From positions 1 to 64,000 of IMG/VR virus record IMGVR_UViG_2799112278_000002: a stretch of 64,000 bases of DNA. The stretch is one strand, 5' to 3'. The position numbers and the translations under genes were made by a program. Below, in pieces: positions 25,403 through 35,702 of the stretch. The notes under the pieces were generated by a model that saw only the letters and a list, made by a program, of their open reading frames with translations, searched no databases and was not told the origin of the DNA. Every line of letters begins with the position of its first letter. Position 1 is the first letter of the stretch. Origin of the DNA: a virus. Its lineage: Duplodnaviria; Caudoviricetes.

Positions 25403-26848
25403 CTACACCTCCACCAATTCTAGTTTTATATTGTTTAGCGAAAAAGCACCTTTGGTGGACGTAATTTTAATAGAAAATTCCTTTATACGATAAGTCTGCC
25501 GTTTTGCCTCTGGAGTAAGTCTTGTGAGTGTCCATAAAGGATACTCGGCATCAGCTAAATATTCGTTACAGTCTGCAACATATGGGCTGTAAGATGCATA
25601 TCTAATAGGTAATTCCAAATCACCTATTAGAACCTTTGCATCTACGTCACCCCGGGCATCGATAGAAGCCGCTATTCGCTTAATAAGAAACTCATCTAAG
25701 GTGGTGTACAGTTTGCCTTCCACATCAACTTGAATTAAATTACCGTCTACTTCCGTGTCTGCGTTTTCGTCCATCCGGTAAATGGTATCACCGGCCAAGA
25801 CGTAAACCGTATTACCAACAAGGCAAACATCTGAAATAGGAACGCTAAACTTACGTACCGTAAAAGCCCCCGAAAAATAATGAAAGAGATAGGTTGTCCC
25901 CATCTCATCAGCACGAATCCATATTTGTTTTTTAGGCTGTACATCCCATAACTTAGCATTTTGGCTGACACCTTGCAACAGGAGTTGGTTGACAGCAGCG
26001 CCTACCTCACTTGATCGAAGGGTCCCGTATTCGCCACTATTAAAGGCAATGGCACTAAATCCATCTTTGCCAACATAGTACAAGCCATTACCGGCGAATA
26101 TCACACCGTTTTGCCCTACTGTATATACTCCGCTAGGTCCATCATAAGCTTGCCAATAATAATCACCCGTGAGCCTGAATGTCTTCCCTGAACGCTTTAC
26201 AACGACGATATTGCCAAATAGCTCTTTGACCGCAACAATACCGCCTCCGTCTTGGTATCCTATTTCTGCATACCATGCGTCCTGTTCATTGTCGGTTTTG
26301 AAGTTCCAGTTTTCAATGTCACCGGTTCCGCACCAGTTGATGATGTCACTTCCAGTATTACAAATACCTAATCTACCAGACCTAACGTAGCACATATCGG
26401 CTATAGGAGAAGCAGTAGCCTCCTTGAAGTTATTCTCATAGTCGATATATTGTACTCTACTACCAGATACAACAGCTGTATACGAACCGTAGACGGCATA
26501 GCTCGGGCGTTTAATACTGTTTAGCGAACCAGTTAAGACAGGCACTGTTTTAGGCGTTAGGTTGCCATTTAAGCGATAAAGACTACGACCACAATTAGTT
26601 AGAAAATAATTATCTTTATAATTGTAAAACAGGGTGTCGGCATTTGCCGGCAGCTTTATTATCGGCACTAAACCGTCCACAACCTTTAGCTTCCCGGAAA
26701 CATAATCGAGTTCAACGTTCATAGCCTTTTGTAACATGTTCGGCAAGAACTTATTTGATACTGGCGCAATATCTAATCTCAAACCACCTGAATAATCATC
26801 TATCGAAAGGGGTTGCACATTAGCATGTTTAGATGAGCGTTTAGGCAC
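25403..26848 (-). CDS. Tail hub/nozzle (P22 gp10- or T7 gp12-like)
   Basis: SGGL start, NMVELD, beta-propeller-like repeats, WCGTGDIENW; position after the adaptor. Confidence 0.7.
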   Translation of the reverse strand: MPKRSSKHANVQPLSIDDYSGGLRLDIAPVSNKFLPNMLQKAMNVELDYVSGKLKVVDGLVPIIKLPANADTLFYNYKDNYFLTNCGRSLYRLNGNLTPKTVPVLTGSLNSIKRPSYAVYGSYTAVVSGSRVQYIDYENNFKEATASPIADMCYVRSGRLGICNTGSDIINWCGTGDIENWNFKTDNEQDAWYAEIGYQDGGGIVAVKELFGNIVVVKRSGKTFRLTGDYYWQAYDGPSGVYTVGQNGVIFAGNGLYYVGKDGFSAIAFNSGEYGTLRSSEVGAAVNQLLLQGVSQNAKLWDVQPKKQIWIRADEMGTTYLFHYFSGAFTVRKFSVPISDVCLVGNTVYVLAGDTIYRMDENADTEVDGNLIQVDVEGKLYTTLDEFLIKRIAASIDARGDVDAKVLIGDLELPIRYASYSPYVADCNEYLADAEYPLWTLTRLTPEAKRQTYRIKEFSIKITSTKGAFSLNNIKLELVEV

Positions 26849-27578
26849 TACCTATCACCCCGATTGCCTGTAGAGATTGAGCTAATAGTGCCTCATCTTG
26901 TGTAATGTCATACTCATCACGATTGAGCGCAATGATAGCAGTTTTCTGAATTAGCACGCCATCATATATTGGCTTAAATACAGAATACGTGGGCAGGTAA
27001 ACATCCACTTCATTTACGGTTATATGCGAACGGTTCGCAAAGTATTGAAATTCAAATGCTTCAGAGTCATCTAAGATACGAAAAGTGTTACCATTTCTTT
27101 TTATCGGATATAACCCACACGCTTTGATAAAGTCATTAGGAATATTCATCCCGTCCGTTATAATAATTTCTTTCATCATTTCCTTATCGCCGTTTTGGAT
27201 AAGCTGTAAACTCAACCAGTCTATAGCATTGTTAAGAAATCCTACTAAATCGCTTGTTTCAAATTCAATACCATCTTTATCTGAAATTAATGCTCGTATA
27301 CGCTTAATAATCTCACCATTAGGAGTTGCAGTAGTGTCACCAATAAATGTTTCAGAGGCCTCAATCACATATCGCCAAGGCCCAGTAGCAATTATGCTAA
27401 TCAAATTAAATGGAGAGAAATTTCCCTCAAACTGTTCTAGCCCAAGCACTTTAATTATTTGGCCATTCACCGACACAGTTAATTCAGTTGCTCCGTCATT
27501 GATAATATTTACACGGGTGGCATACTGTTGCAGCGCCTTTGTATGATTACCAGTACCGCTATTGCTGCTGATAATCAT
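26841..27578 (-). CDS. Head-tail adaptor-like protein
   Basis: EIIKRIRALISD..DLVGFLNNAIDWL helical motif; ATGA-coupled start. Confidence 0.6.
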   Translation of the reverse strand: MIISSNSGTGNHTKALQQYATRVNIINDGATELTVSVNGQIIKVLGLEQFEGNFSPFNLISIIATGPWRYVIEASETFIGDTTATPNGEIIKRIRALISDKDGIEFETSDLVGFLNNAIDWLSLQLIQNGDKEMMKEIIITDGMNIPNDFIKACGLYPIKRNGNTFRILDDSEAFEFQYFANRSHITVNEVDVYLPTYSVFKPIYDGVLIQKTAIIALNRDEYDITQDEALLAQSLQAIGVIGSA

Positions 27579-27823
27579 AATAAACTCCACAGCGCTACTT
27601 TTGCGCAATATAAAACGCCGCCTGCAATAGTGCAAGCAGCGTCTTTCCATTCGGGCGTGCCAGTTTTGGTTTTATAGTCATACACCTCTTTACCTATGCC
27701 AGTTAACATTGCCGCAAACAGTCCAATATCCCCCGGAAACAGCGAGGCAATAAAATACCCGCCTAATAAGTGTATAAGCTTATCAGGCGGGATCTTCTTT
27801 AGCAACTGTATTAACTTATTCAC
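27575..27823 (-). CDS. Small membrane protein
   Basis: DKLIHLLGG..GIGKEVYD..EWKDAACTIAGG (YfiM/DUF2279-like pattern). Confidence 0.55.
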   Translation of the reverse strand: MNKLIQLLKKIPPDKLIHLLGGYFIASLFPGDIGLFAAMLTGIGKEVYDYKTKTGTPEWKDAACTIAGGVLYCAKVALWSLL

Positions 27824-30800
27824 AGACTCAATTCCTCCTTTTGCTGTTGTCTTTCCAGCCTCTCCACTTTAGCCGATAACTCTTGGACAGCTTTAATAAG
27901 TGGTGCTATAAACTCTTCATAGCGCAATCCATAGTTCCCTTGCTCGTCAACCGTAAATATTCCTACGTCCTTGCCGTTTAATGCTTCCTCTACCTCTTGA
28001 GCAATAAGGCCAGCATGTGTTCTTACGCCAGGCAATGGTATTACGACTTCTTTATATACGGGACGTTCTTCAGTAACAGCAGGAATCATTACGTCTTCCG
28101 TTACAACCGCAGAAACTAATCGCTGCTCTACTACGGCTTCTTTCTCTAAGATAGTTTCAGTTACGGCTTCAGTGATTAGATTGCCCTCTTCATCGTATTC
28201 TGCCGGAATAATTTCAATAGTGCTGTAGATTGCGGGAGATACTTCTACCGTCTCATATATGGCTGGAGAAACTTCCTGTATCTCAGTACGCTCTGGTTCA
28301 ATTTCTACTGTTTCTACTCCGCATTGTTCTGAAGCCACTTCATTCTGCCTTACTTTGTATTTAAACTCTACAGGGCGAAGGGAATTGATGAAGTCTAAGC
28401 CTAAATCTAAATCGGTAATATCCTTTTTGGCGTTGCGATCTGAGGTATTGATAGTGGCTGAAACAGCGTAAATTTGACTCCATCTAGCACCAGATGTACC
28501 CAAAGTGAGGGAATTATCTGTATATGGCCTTGCACTACCTGAATCTACAACAAATTTTGATGATACTGCCCCAGATGAGCGTGTAAGAAAAACTAAGGCC
28601 CCTGACTCTGCTCCTGCGGTATAGCCAGTTGTTGTAGCATATATTCCTGCGTATTGTACATCGCTTGCGCTAACATCATTTCCTCCATAGAAAGCAAGGT
28701 ACCCTAGTGTAGAATTCGCAGTAAATATAGACGATCTTCGAAAGTTTAACGTAGGATTACCAGATGAATTATTGATAGCAGTAGTATTAATAAACACAGG
28801 ATTTTCTATTGTAGCAAGTGTTTTTACCGTAGGAGTAACTATATTAGTAATGCTAGATTCATCAGTTATTACAGATATATTCCATCCTGCTCCGTAAGAT
28901 GCTACGTTGCTGTTTCCTATAAACGCTTCTACCACTATTTTGATGTTATCCCATGCCGTGGTAGCCGTGCCAAGTAAAATGCAACATTTACCCGCAACAG
29001 AATCGTATCCAAACCTTACAGAACTAAAAGGGCAGTTAGGGTGTAGTGTGGCAGCGGTCAATATCCAATTACCTGATCCTTGGGTGTAGCCTGACACGGT
29101 CGCATCCCAATGACTAACATTTGTTCCAGCAGAACTCCAACCTTCAATACTCAATACCAGAGTAGTAGATAGCCAAGATGTAGGTAACATTATTTTAACT
29201 GTTCCTGTAGTGGTACCAGAAAGATGATAGGCCGTTACATCCCGATACTTATACACTGTTCCGTTTGCCAAAGAATTAGAGGAATTTAATTTGGTATTTA
29301 TCGCCGCATCAACAATATCTTTCGTATAAGCATCCAGAATCCCATAATCAGCTAATGTCTTAGGATGTTGATTAGCTGTAGCTCCTACAAGATCAACAGG
29401 ATTAATCTTAAAGTAAGCTATCTTTTGTTCTGTGGAGTCTAAGGCAAAATTACGTTGGCGAGTAGGAACAGGGTTATCAATAGCAAAGGTATCTACAGCA
29501 TACAGATACTTGTCGAGTTGTTCATAGGTTACAGTGTAGATTGCGGTAGTATCATAATTAGATTGTGCTGTATAATATTCCAAGGTATCTGACGCGTGTG
29601 TATTCCATGTTATATCTACTATCCCGTTTTTAAAACACGCGAGGTACAACTTAGGTCTATAGGCTAATAAAGAACCTAATCCAGAGGAATTTATATAATA
29701 TGCAGAAGAGTATAGTTTAGGATTAGATTTTTCCCTCCACACTACCCCATTTCTCTGCTCTATCTGCGTTACTCCCTGTGGAATATTTATTACACTACCT
29801 GCGCTCATTATTGGCTTAGTTGGATCGTTATTATAGTAATTTATGTGATACACAGGAGTAGCAAGTTTATAATGCAAAACATACGGTGTATATCCAGAAT
29901 AACTTGCTGTAGGTAGAGTAGAAGTTATTCCGGTTCCATCAGTTATCTTCTTCCAGTATTTCGTGCCAGATACATAAGTACCACCATCGGAAGCACACAT
30001 TTTCCAGCCATAAAAATAAGCTTTTATTTCGGCGATAGTAGGGGTAAATGAGCTATTCCATCCAGAATCGATATCATAGACAGAAATGCCTAATTCTATA
30101 TCAGTGTGGATACGGCTCATATCTCCTGCATTCCAAGTGTTTCCAAGCTGGGTGGTGTGAGTCAGTGGTTTTCCATCATATTTTACAACAACCTCAGAGT
30201 CGGTTATAAATTTTGTTGAAACATGCATTAACACTCGTTTAGCCCCTGTATAACTAACATCTACTCCGGCTATTGATGATGAGTTCTCAGGTAGCTGTAC
30301 ATTCTTCTTCCACACCTCTTTATACACAGAAGTATTAGGAGTTAGCCATACGCTTTCTCCATCGGCTATTTGCATAGGTGTATGAGCATATGATTTTACT
30401 TGTGGTTCAAAGGCTGTAGCGGTAGAGCCTAATTCTAACTGGGGATTAGTAAAGGTGAATGTTCCTGATGTCGTAGTATCATTTGTAATAAATACTGAAG
30501 CTGATACAAAGTCTGTAGGTGTTGTAAACGGTAGGCTACTATAGGTATTTACCAATGTAAAATAATTGGAGCTTCCATCTGCTTTTACAGTTTGAACAAC
30601 AAAACGAGAGTTTCCCCCTGTTGCGGTTCCACTTAGAACATAATTAGTGTTCGGCTTTAGTGAAACGGGAACACGTGATACTTGGGAAATTGTGGTCGCA
30701 TTCAAAGTTAAGTTATATGCACTATTCACAACGGCGTTAGCATGTAAAGTCCACTCTCCAGAATTAAACGCAGGAATCAAGTTTTTCCCTATCTGGGTAA

Positions 30801-32412
30801 CTAAAACATCCTTCTTAAACTGTACTGAATCTACATAGGGATATTTAGCTGCTACTTGATCTGCAGTCATAGAATCAATAGCATTGAACTCTGCTTGAGA
30901 TATTTCGTATAGCCTTGCTCCGTCGAAGTAAAAAGTATTGGTGTTTGGTGTAGCTTGTGCAGTATAAAACTGGACCATAGTAGCATCAATAGTTGGATTC
31001 AATTTGCGACATATTGTAGACCAGGAGGAGGATATTTGATGAGCAGCAAATGTAAGTCCCCCGGAATCCGATCCAAATCTTGTGTAGCATACAGTCGCAT
31101 TAGGGCTTTTCACATTAGCTAGTAAGACATAATATTTACTAGCTGATATAGCGTAGTTTTTGGCAATCGAAGTATAAGACCCATTTCCAGAGCCAACTAG
31201 TTTTTGACTTTTTGTACCTATGTATGCGTCAGTATCTAATGCTGTAGTAGACCAATGCGCTGTAGAACCCAAGCCCCACCCATCTGCCATTCCGTTTCCG
31301 TCAGTATCTACTTCAAAATTCCCATCCTTACCAAGCAAATTGACCAAAGTACGGCCTTTAATCTCTACGCCTAATTCTCCTTGTTCTGCACCAATTTGAG
31401 TAGCGGCAAATCCATTATAATTCGCTAATTCATCAACTGCATTTTGTACATTTACAGACTTAACAATACTTCCTGGCGCATTGGTAATATTCATTGCGGC
31501 ATGGGCCGTAGTGCTGTTTAAGTGGTTATTGGTTACTACGTCAAGTGCAGCTTTAGTGTAGGCATCAGTAATACCATACCCGTCCAGTGTTGTAGGCGTA
31601 CTGGTTATAGTACTCCACGCCTGGTTATGGGCCGCCGGGGTGAAGGAACTCGGCACGTTAGCCAATACTGCCCACGGAAATTTTCCATTTGCATCTAAGC
31701 GCAGCACCTTATTAGCAGCAGCAGATGCAACCACATCCGAAGCATTAAGCTTAGTACCAACAAGATTCAGCATTGTAGACGCGAAATTAGGATCGTCGTT
31801 GATAGCATTAGCTAATTCATTAATGGTGTTCAATGTTTCGGGAGCACTATTCACAAGAGCCGCGACTGCCGCTGCTATATTGGCATCTGTTTGTGGCTTA
31901 GTGTAGGCATCGGTTATCCCATACCCGGCCAAAGTTGCCGCAAGGCTTGCCTTAGCAGCAAGCAAATTTGTCATCTCAGTTTTTGTGTAAGCGTTCGATA
32001 TGCCGTACCCTGCCAATGTAGTTGGCTTATCCGATACCCCAGTAACAAAACTGTGCGTGCCGGTAGCAATATGTGTTGCTAAGTTAACCTGCACAGCATT
32101 CGCTTTGGCCTGAGCTCCAGTCGGAGTTTCCGCTCCGACCTGAGCAGCCGTCACCATATGCGGATTATCCGTGCGTTCAGTATGATTTGTTAAATTTGCC
32201 TGTACAACATTGACTTTGGCTTGGGCCCCGGACGGGGTTTCTGCACCTACCTGACTTGCAGTAACAGCATGCGGGTTATCCACTCTTGCCGAATGTTCAT
32301 CTATGTGAGATTTTACATTCTCAATTTCATCATTGATTTTTTTGCTACTCCACAAGGAGGTTAAAGTTGTCAAGGCATCGTCAATAAAAGCGGGAAGCTT
32401 ATTCCAGTTCAT
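27820..32412 (-). CDS. Tail fibre/receptor-binding protein with carbohydrate-binding-like modules and C-terminal peptidase S74 chaperone
   Basis: TLAGYGITDAYTK repeats; NTSDRNAKKDI..LRPVEFKY..HAGLIAQEV..LRYEEFIAPLIKAVQEL. Confidence 0.85.
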   Translation of the reverse strand: MNWNKLPAFIDDALTTLTSLWSSKKINDEIENVKSHIDEHSARVDNPHAVTASQVGAETPSGAQAKVNVVQANLTNHTERTDNPHMVTAAQVGAETPTGAQAKANAVQVNLATHIATGTHSFVTGVSDKPTTLAGYGISNAYTKTEMTNLLAAKASLAATLAGYGITDAYTKPQTDANIAAAVAALVNSAPETLNTINELANAINDDPNFASTMLNLVGTKLNASDVVASAAANKVLRLDANGKFPWAVLANVPSSFTPAAHNQAWSTITSTPTTLDGYGITDAYTKAALDVVTNNHLNSTTAHAAMNITNAPGSIVKSVNVQNAVDELANYNGFAATQIGAEQGELGVEIKGRTLVNLLGKDGNFEVDTDGNGMADGWGLGSTAHWSTTALDTDAYIGTKSQKLVGSGNGSYTSIAKNYAISASKYYVLLANVKSPNATVCYTRFGSDSGGLTFAAHQISSSWSTICRKLNPTIDATMVQFYTAQATPNTNTFYFDGARLYEISQAEFNAIDSMTADQVAAKYPYVDSVQFKKDVLVTQIGKNLIPAFNSGEWTLHANAVVNSAYNLTLNATTISQVSRVPVSLKPNTNYVLSGTATGGNSRFVVQTVKADGSSNYFTLVNTYSSLPFTTPTDFVSASVFITNDTTTSGTFTFTNPQLELGSTATAFEPQVKSYAHTPMQIADGESVWLTPNTSVYKEVWKKNVQLPENSSSIAGVDVSYTGAKRVLMHVSTKFITDSEVVVKYDGKPLTHTTQLGNTWNAGDMSRIHTDIELGISVYDIDSGWNSSFTPTIAEIKAYFYGWKMCASDGGTYVSGTKYWKKITDGTGITSTLPTASYSGYTPYVLHYKLATPVYHINYYNNDPTKPIMSAGSVINIPQGVTQIEQRNGVVWREKSNPKLYSSAYYINSSGLGSLLAYRPKLYLACFKNGIVDITWNTHASDTLEYYTAQSNYDTTAIYTVTYEQLDKYLYAVDTFAIDNPVPTRQRNFALDSTEQKIAYFKINPVDLVGATANQHPKTLADYGILDAYTKDIVDAAINTKLNSSNSLANGTVYKYRDVTAYHLSGTTTGTVKIMLPTSWLSTTLVLSIEGWSSAGTNVSHWDATVSGYTQGSGNWILTAATLHPNCPFSSVRFGYDSVAGKCCILLGTATTAWDNIKIVVEAFIGNSNVASYGAGWNISVITDESSITNIVTPTVKTLATIENPVFINTTAINNSSGNPTLNFRRSSIFTANSTLGYLAFYGGNDVSASDVQYAGIYATTTGYTAGAESGALVFLTRSSGAVSSKFVVDSGSARPYTDNSLTLGTSGARWSQIYAVSATINTSDRNAKKDITDLDLGLDFINSLRPVEFKYKVRQNEVASEQCGVETVEIEPERTEIQEVSPAIYETVEVSPAIYSTIEIIPAEYDEEGNLITEAVTETILEKEAVVEQRLVSAVVTEDVMIPAVTEERPVYKEVVIPLPGVRTHAGLIAQEVEEALNGKDVGIFTVDEQGNYGLRYEEFIAPLIKAVQELSAKVERLERQQQKEELSL

Positions 32413-32831
32413 TAACCAGATTCACCTACCTCTTCATCATCTTCAATTTCATCATTATATCTGAGGTTCCAACAATCTGCCTGCATGATTTTTTCCTTTT
32501 TAAACGTGCCGGCCAGGCTAATCACTTTACTTTTCCAATACGATTTTGCCTCTTCTTTAGTAGCATAATCGCCAGCAGACAACAATATAAGACTATGATC
32601 AATGATAAGACTATCAAAATCATCTGGCCATCCAGTCTCATCTGACTCCTTTAACTTAACAGCATCCGGAATAGGAAAGGTCATCTGTTTATAATAAAGC
32701 TTCACCACTTGCCGCAGTTCGCTAATTGTCTCATTTATTGCATCCATTACTTCATACGCACTATATTTTGCAGCATCCATATCTCTAAGCTTCAATCGTA
32801 CTTTAATTACTAGTGTTTTAATTATAGACAT
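32412..32831 (-). CDS. Head-completion/adaptor-like protein
   Basis: VRLKLRDMDAAKYSAYEVMDAINE; start placed at ATG 32831 with a GGTGGTGA RBS. Confidence 0.6.
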   Translation of the reverse strand: MSIIKTLVIKVRLKLRDMDAAKYSAYEVMDAINETISELRQVVKLYYKQMTFPIPDAVKLKESDETGWPDDFDSLIIDHSLILLSAGDYATKEEAKSYWKSKVISLAGTFKKEKIMQADCWNLRYNDEIEDDEEVGESG

Positions 32832-32889
32832 GTTTTCACCACCTATATAGCAAATAGGCCAGGGCTTTAAACCCTGGCCATTTTCATTA

Positions 32890-33882
32890 CTAGTCAGCTT
32901 TGTTACCGGTAAGCACATGGATAACTGCAAAGTCTTCAGAATCAAACTTAGATTTTGCAATACCAAAAATAGAGCCAACTTCAAATCCAGTCTTGTTTTT
33001 GTAGTCGAATGTTTCTTCATTCCACTCTTGTTCGCCGCCGACAGCAAAGGCACCGGCCTGAGCACCAAGCAGCATAGCATGTCCTACATTCGCTCCGGAG
33101 GCACCAGTCGTAGTTACCAGCACGCTCTCATGTGCATAAATAATTACGCCATCATAGATACCCTCAGATCCGGATAGAATGGGGTTGTCTTCGCCGCGGA
33201 CATTTGCATTTTCTTGCGCGGCAATCCAAACAGGATCATTACGAAGATCGCGCAGTTGCTCCAATGTAATGAGCATGATATACGCTTTTTTACCATTAAC
33301 TTTTAATGGCCGAATTTTAGGAAGTACATGCGTCGTGTTATAAACAACGCGTTTGGATGCTGAACGTTTTGCTTTAGAAATAACAGCTGTGCTGAATTTA
33401 TCTGCATCAGTAATGGCATTCTCAGCCGTTACACTGCCAGCATAAATAGTCCGACGAGCCGAAGGGCTTGCAGCCAATGCAGCAAAAATCATGCTGTCAA
33501 TCTTTTCGGTATACCAGTCTTTCAGTGCATCTTTCGCTTCTGCACGTAAATTCTTCGCCGTTCGCTTTTCTTCCATCTTGCCTTTCAGTTTTACTGCATG
33601 ACGAAGCTGCTTAATCTGCACAGAGAAGTCATAGTATTGCATAGCTTCTTCATTACCTTCAAGCATATCATCATCTTCTACGCCAGCACCTAAGAGCGGC
33701 ATGCGCAGGGAAATGGTGATTTGGTCACCAGCTTCTTTCTTCAATTCTTCCTTAATTTGAATTAAGGAATCAGACGTTTTGCCCATAAAGTTAGCGAAAA
33801 AGCTTTCTTTAATTGCTGCCGTCCAGGTATCTTTTGCCCACGCTTTCTCTCGAAGCGCCGCAGGAATTACAGTTTCAGCCAT
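32890..33882 (-). CDS. Major capsid protein (N4-gp56/DUF4043-like)
   Basis: KEAGDQITISL, LEGNEEAM, LRAEAKDALKDW, GSEGIYDGVIIY, GIAKSKF; GGAGG RBS. Confidence 0.88.
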   Translation of the reverse strand: MAETVIPAALREKAWAKDTWTAAIKESFFANFMGKTSDSLIQIKEELKKEAGDQITISLRMPLLGAGVEDDDMLEGNEEAMQYYDFSVQIKQLRHAVKLKGKMEEKRTAKNLRAEAKDALKDWYTEKIDSMIFAALAASPSARRTIYAGSVTAENAITDADKFSTAVISKAKRSASKRVVYNTTHVLPKIRPLKVNGKKAYIMLITLEQLRDLRNDPVWIAAQENANVRGEDNPILSGSEGIYDGVIIYAHESVLVTTTGASGANVGHAMLLGAQAGAFAVGGEQEWNEETFDYKNKTGFEVGSIFGIAKSKFDSEDFAVIHVLTGNKAD

Positions 33883-33950
33883 ATTAACATCCTCCGTTAA
33901 ATACAAATTTGGTAATAAAAAATGCACCACGCGGAGGAATCAAAGATTGG

Positions 33951-35159
33951 TTATCCACCAAGCAGCATATCGCGATACTCGGACGGTATTTTATCCCAAT
34001 CAGTCTCTTGGAGCATTCGCTCTAAGTCGGCCACAGACGGACCGGCTTGCAAATTACCACCATTGACTTGATTCACTCTGGGGTGCTTCTCAATTTCATT
34101 TAATTTTTGTTCAAGACTCATTGCTTGTGGTTGCGCCGGGACCGTAACCGGTGCGGTTGTAGTGGTCGCTGGCGAAGGTGCTGCAGGTGCCGGGGCGGGT
34201 GCAGCAGTCGTTTGTTGAGTCGGTGCAGATTCGGTTGTAGCCGACTCAGTAGCCTTTGCCTTTTGTTCGGCTTCCCACATCAGTTTGGAATTGTTCCAAA
34301 GAGTTTGCACAGCCATAACATCTGACATCGTACCCGTACCACTGCTTGCCTTTTCAAAGGCTTGTGTAAAGGATTGCTGCAGCGCTGGCGGCATCTTGGC
34401 GACTTGATTAACCATGTAATTCCAAACATCGTTATATTCAGGCTTTGCAGTTTCCCTTGTGGCAAATTCCTGATAGGTATTTACAACTAATTGACGTTCA
34501 CTTTGCAAACGATTTGCCTCAGCCATAACATTGCTATGCAACTCGTTAACCAGGATCGATATTTCTGCATTGTCATCTTCATTGCCGTAAATATCAGGTT
34601 CTCTGCCGTTTTCTTCTTTAAATCGTTCTTTTGCAGCTTGGATCAATTGCTTACGATAGTTACTAGATTGTTGCTTTGAATCTTCTGTAACCGGTTGCTG
34701 CTGCCCGGGCGTTTGTTGCCCACTTAAAGGAGTCTGCACCGGCTGTTGTGATGGAAGAACTTGCGGCTGTTGAACTCTCGCAGCTTTTAATTCCTGAAGT
34801 TCGGCTTCCAATGCTGCTAACTTCTTATCGTTTTCCTGGCGCTTACGTCTTTCATCGTGAAGCGCAGCCAATGGGACCATTTTGTCTTTATCATCGCCAG
34901 TATCCGTACTCTGCGTGGTAACGGGAGCAGAGGCCCCGGTGGATTCCGGCGCTTTTACCTCAGGTTGAGTGGTCTGAACATTGGTTTCAGTTAACGTAGT
35001 GGCAGCAGGCGCAGCCACATTTGACTGTTTGTCTTCAGGTTGTTTGGTTTCCGTTTTTGTTGAAGATTTCAACTCTGCAGCTTCTTGCATAATTTCAAGT
35101 GCTATTTCCCTTGAGATACCTTCCAATTCTTCAGGTATTACTACATCATCATTAGGCAT
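33951..35159 (-). CDS. Scaffolding protein
   Basis: MVPLAALHDERRKRQE motif, acidic and Q/P-rich, directly upstream of the capsid gene. Confidence 0.75.
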   Translation of the reverse strand: MPNDDVVIPEELEGISREIALEIMQEAAELKSSTKTETKQPEDKQSNVAAPAATTLTETNVQTTQPEVKAPESTGASAPVTTQSTDTGDDKDKMVPLAALHDERRKRQENDKKLAALEAELQELKAARVQQPQVLPSQQPVQTPLSGQQTPGQQQPVTEDSKQQSSNYRKQLIQAAKERFKEENGREPDIYGNEDDNAEISILVNELHSNVMAEANRLQSERQLVVNTYQEFATRETAKPEYNDVWNYMVNQVAKMPPALQQSFTQAFEKASSGTGTMSDVMAVQTLWNNSKLMWEAEQKAKATESATTESAPTQQTTAAPAPAPAAPSPATTTTAPVTVPAQPQAMSLEQKLNEIEKHPRVNQVNGGNLQAGPSVADLERMLQETDWDKIPSEYRDMLLGG

Positions 35160-35280
35160 ATTTCAAATCCTCCTTGCGCCCATAACGTCGGCGGCACGAA
35201 ATTCCCGCTTAAAGATATTGGCTTAGTCACGGGGTATACTAAGCCATGTCGTTGCTGTAACGCCGCTACTATCGCATAAT

Positions 35281-35310
35281 AAAAAGAGACTAACTTATTT
35301 GTCAGTCTCT
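35281..35310 (-). terminator. Intrinsic terminator between portal operon and scaffold gene
   Basis: AGAGACTGAC-AAATAA-GTTAGTCTCT-TTTT on the minus strand. Confidence 0.65.
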
Positions 35311-35702
35311 TCAATCGCCACTTCTTCGTTTGTTTCTGTTTCAACCGCTTCAGCCAGTGAGCAATATCTCACAGCAATAAGGTTAAACTTATCGCACATC
35401 TCAATGGTTTTTTCCACCTGTCCAAGCAATGGATGATCTACCGCGCTGCCTTTTGCCAGGCGTTCAGTAATGAATGTCAAGGCTGTACCGCAATCGCGGA
35501 TAGCTTTGAACCGCGAAGCATCAATATCTGCTAAACATTCGTTTACTTCTTCATTATTTGGCGTTGCTTGCTCCTTCAGTTGATTCTCCAGCTGTATCGG
35601 TTCCGGTTGTAGATCCTGTTTGCCCTCCAGCCTCGGCTTCTCGCTGTTTCCGCGCCGCCGATTCTTTACCGGTGTTTTTTCCTGACCGTTTTGTTTCAAC
35701 AC
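35295..35702 (-). CDS. Hypothetical protein
   Basis: GTG start with a strong AAGGAG RBS; overlaps the upstream ORF by 149 nt. Confidence 0.55.
   Translation of the reverse strand: MLKQNGQEKTPVKNRRRGNSEKPRLEGKQDLQPEPIQLENQLKEQATPNNEEVNECLADIDASRFKAIRDCGTALTFITERLAKGSAVDHPLLGQVEKTIEMCDKFNLIAVRYCSLAEAVETETNEEVAIEETDK

Noticed and set aside
27820-32412. Diversity-generating retroelement targeting the fibre
   Set aside because: No reverse transcriptase and no adenine-variable repeat pair were seen in the window.
32832-33080. N-terminal extension of the 222-aa ORF
   Set aside because: It overlaps the capsid gene in another frame; a good RBS and ATG exist at 32831.
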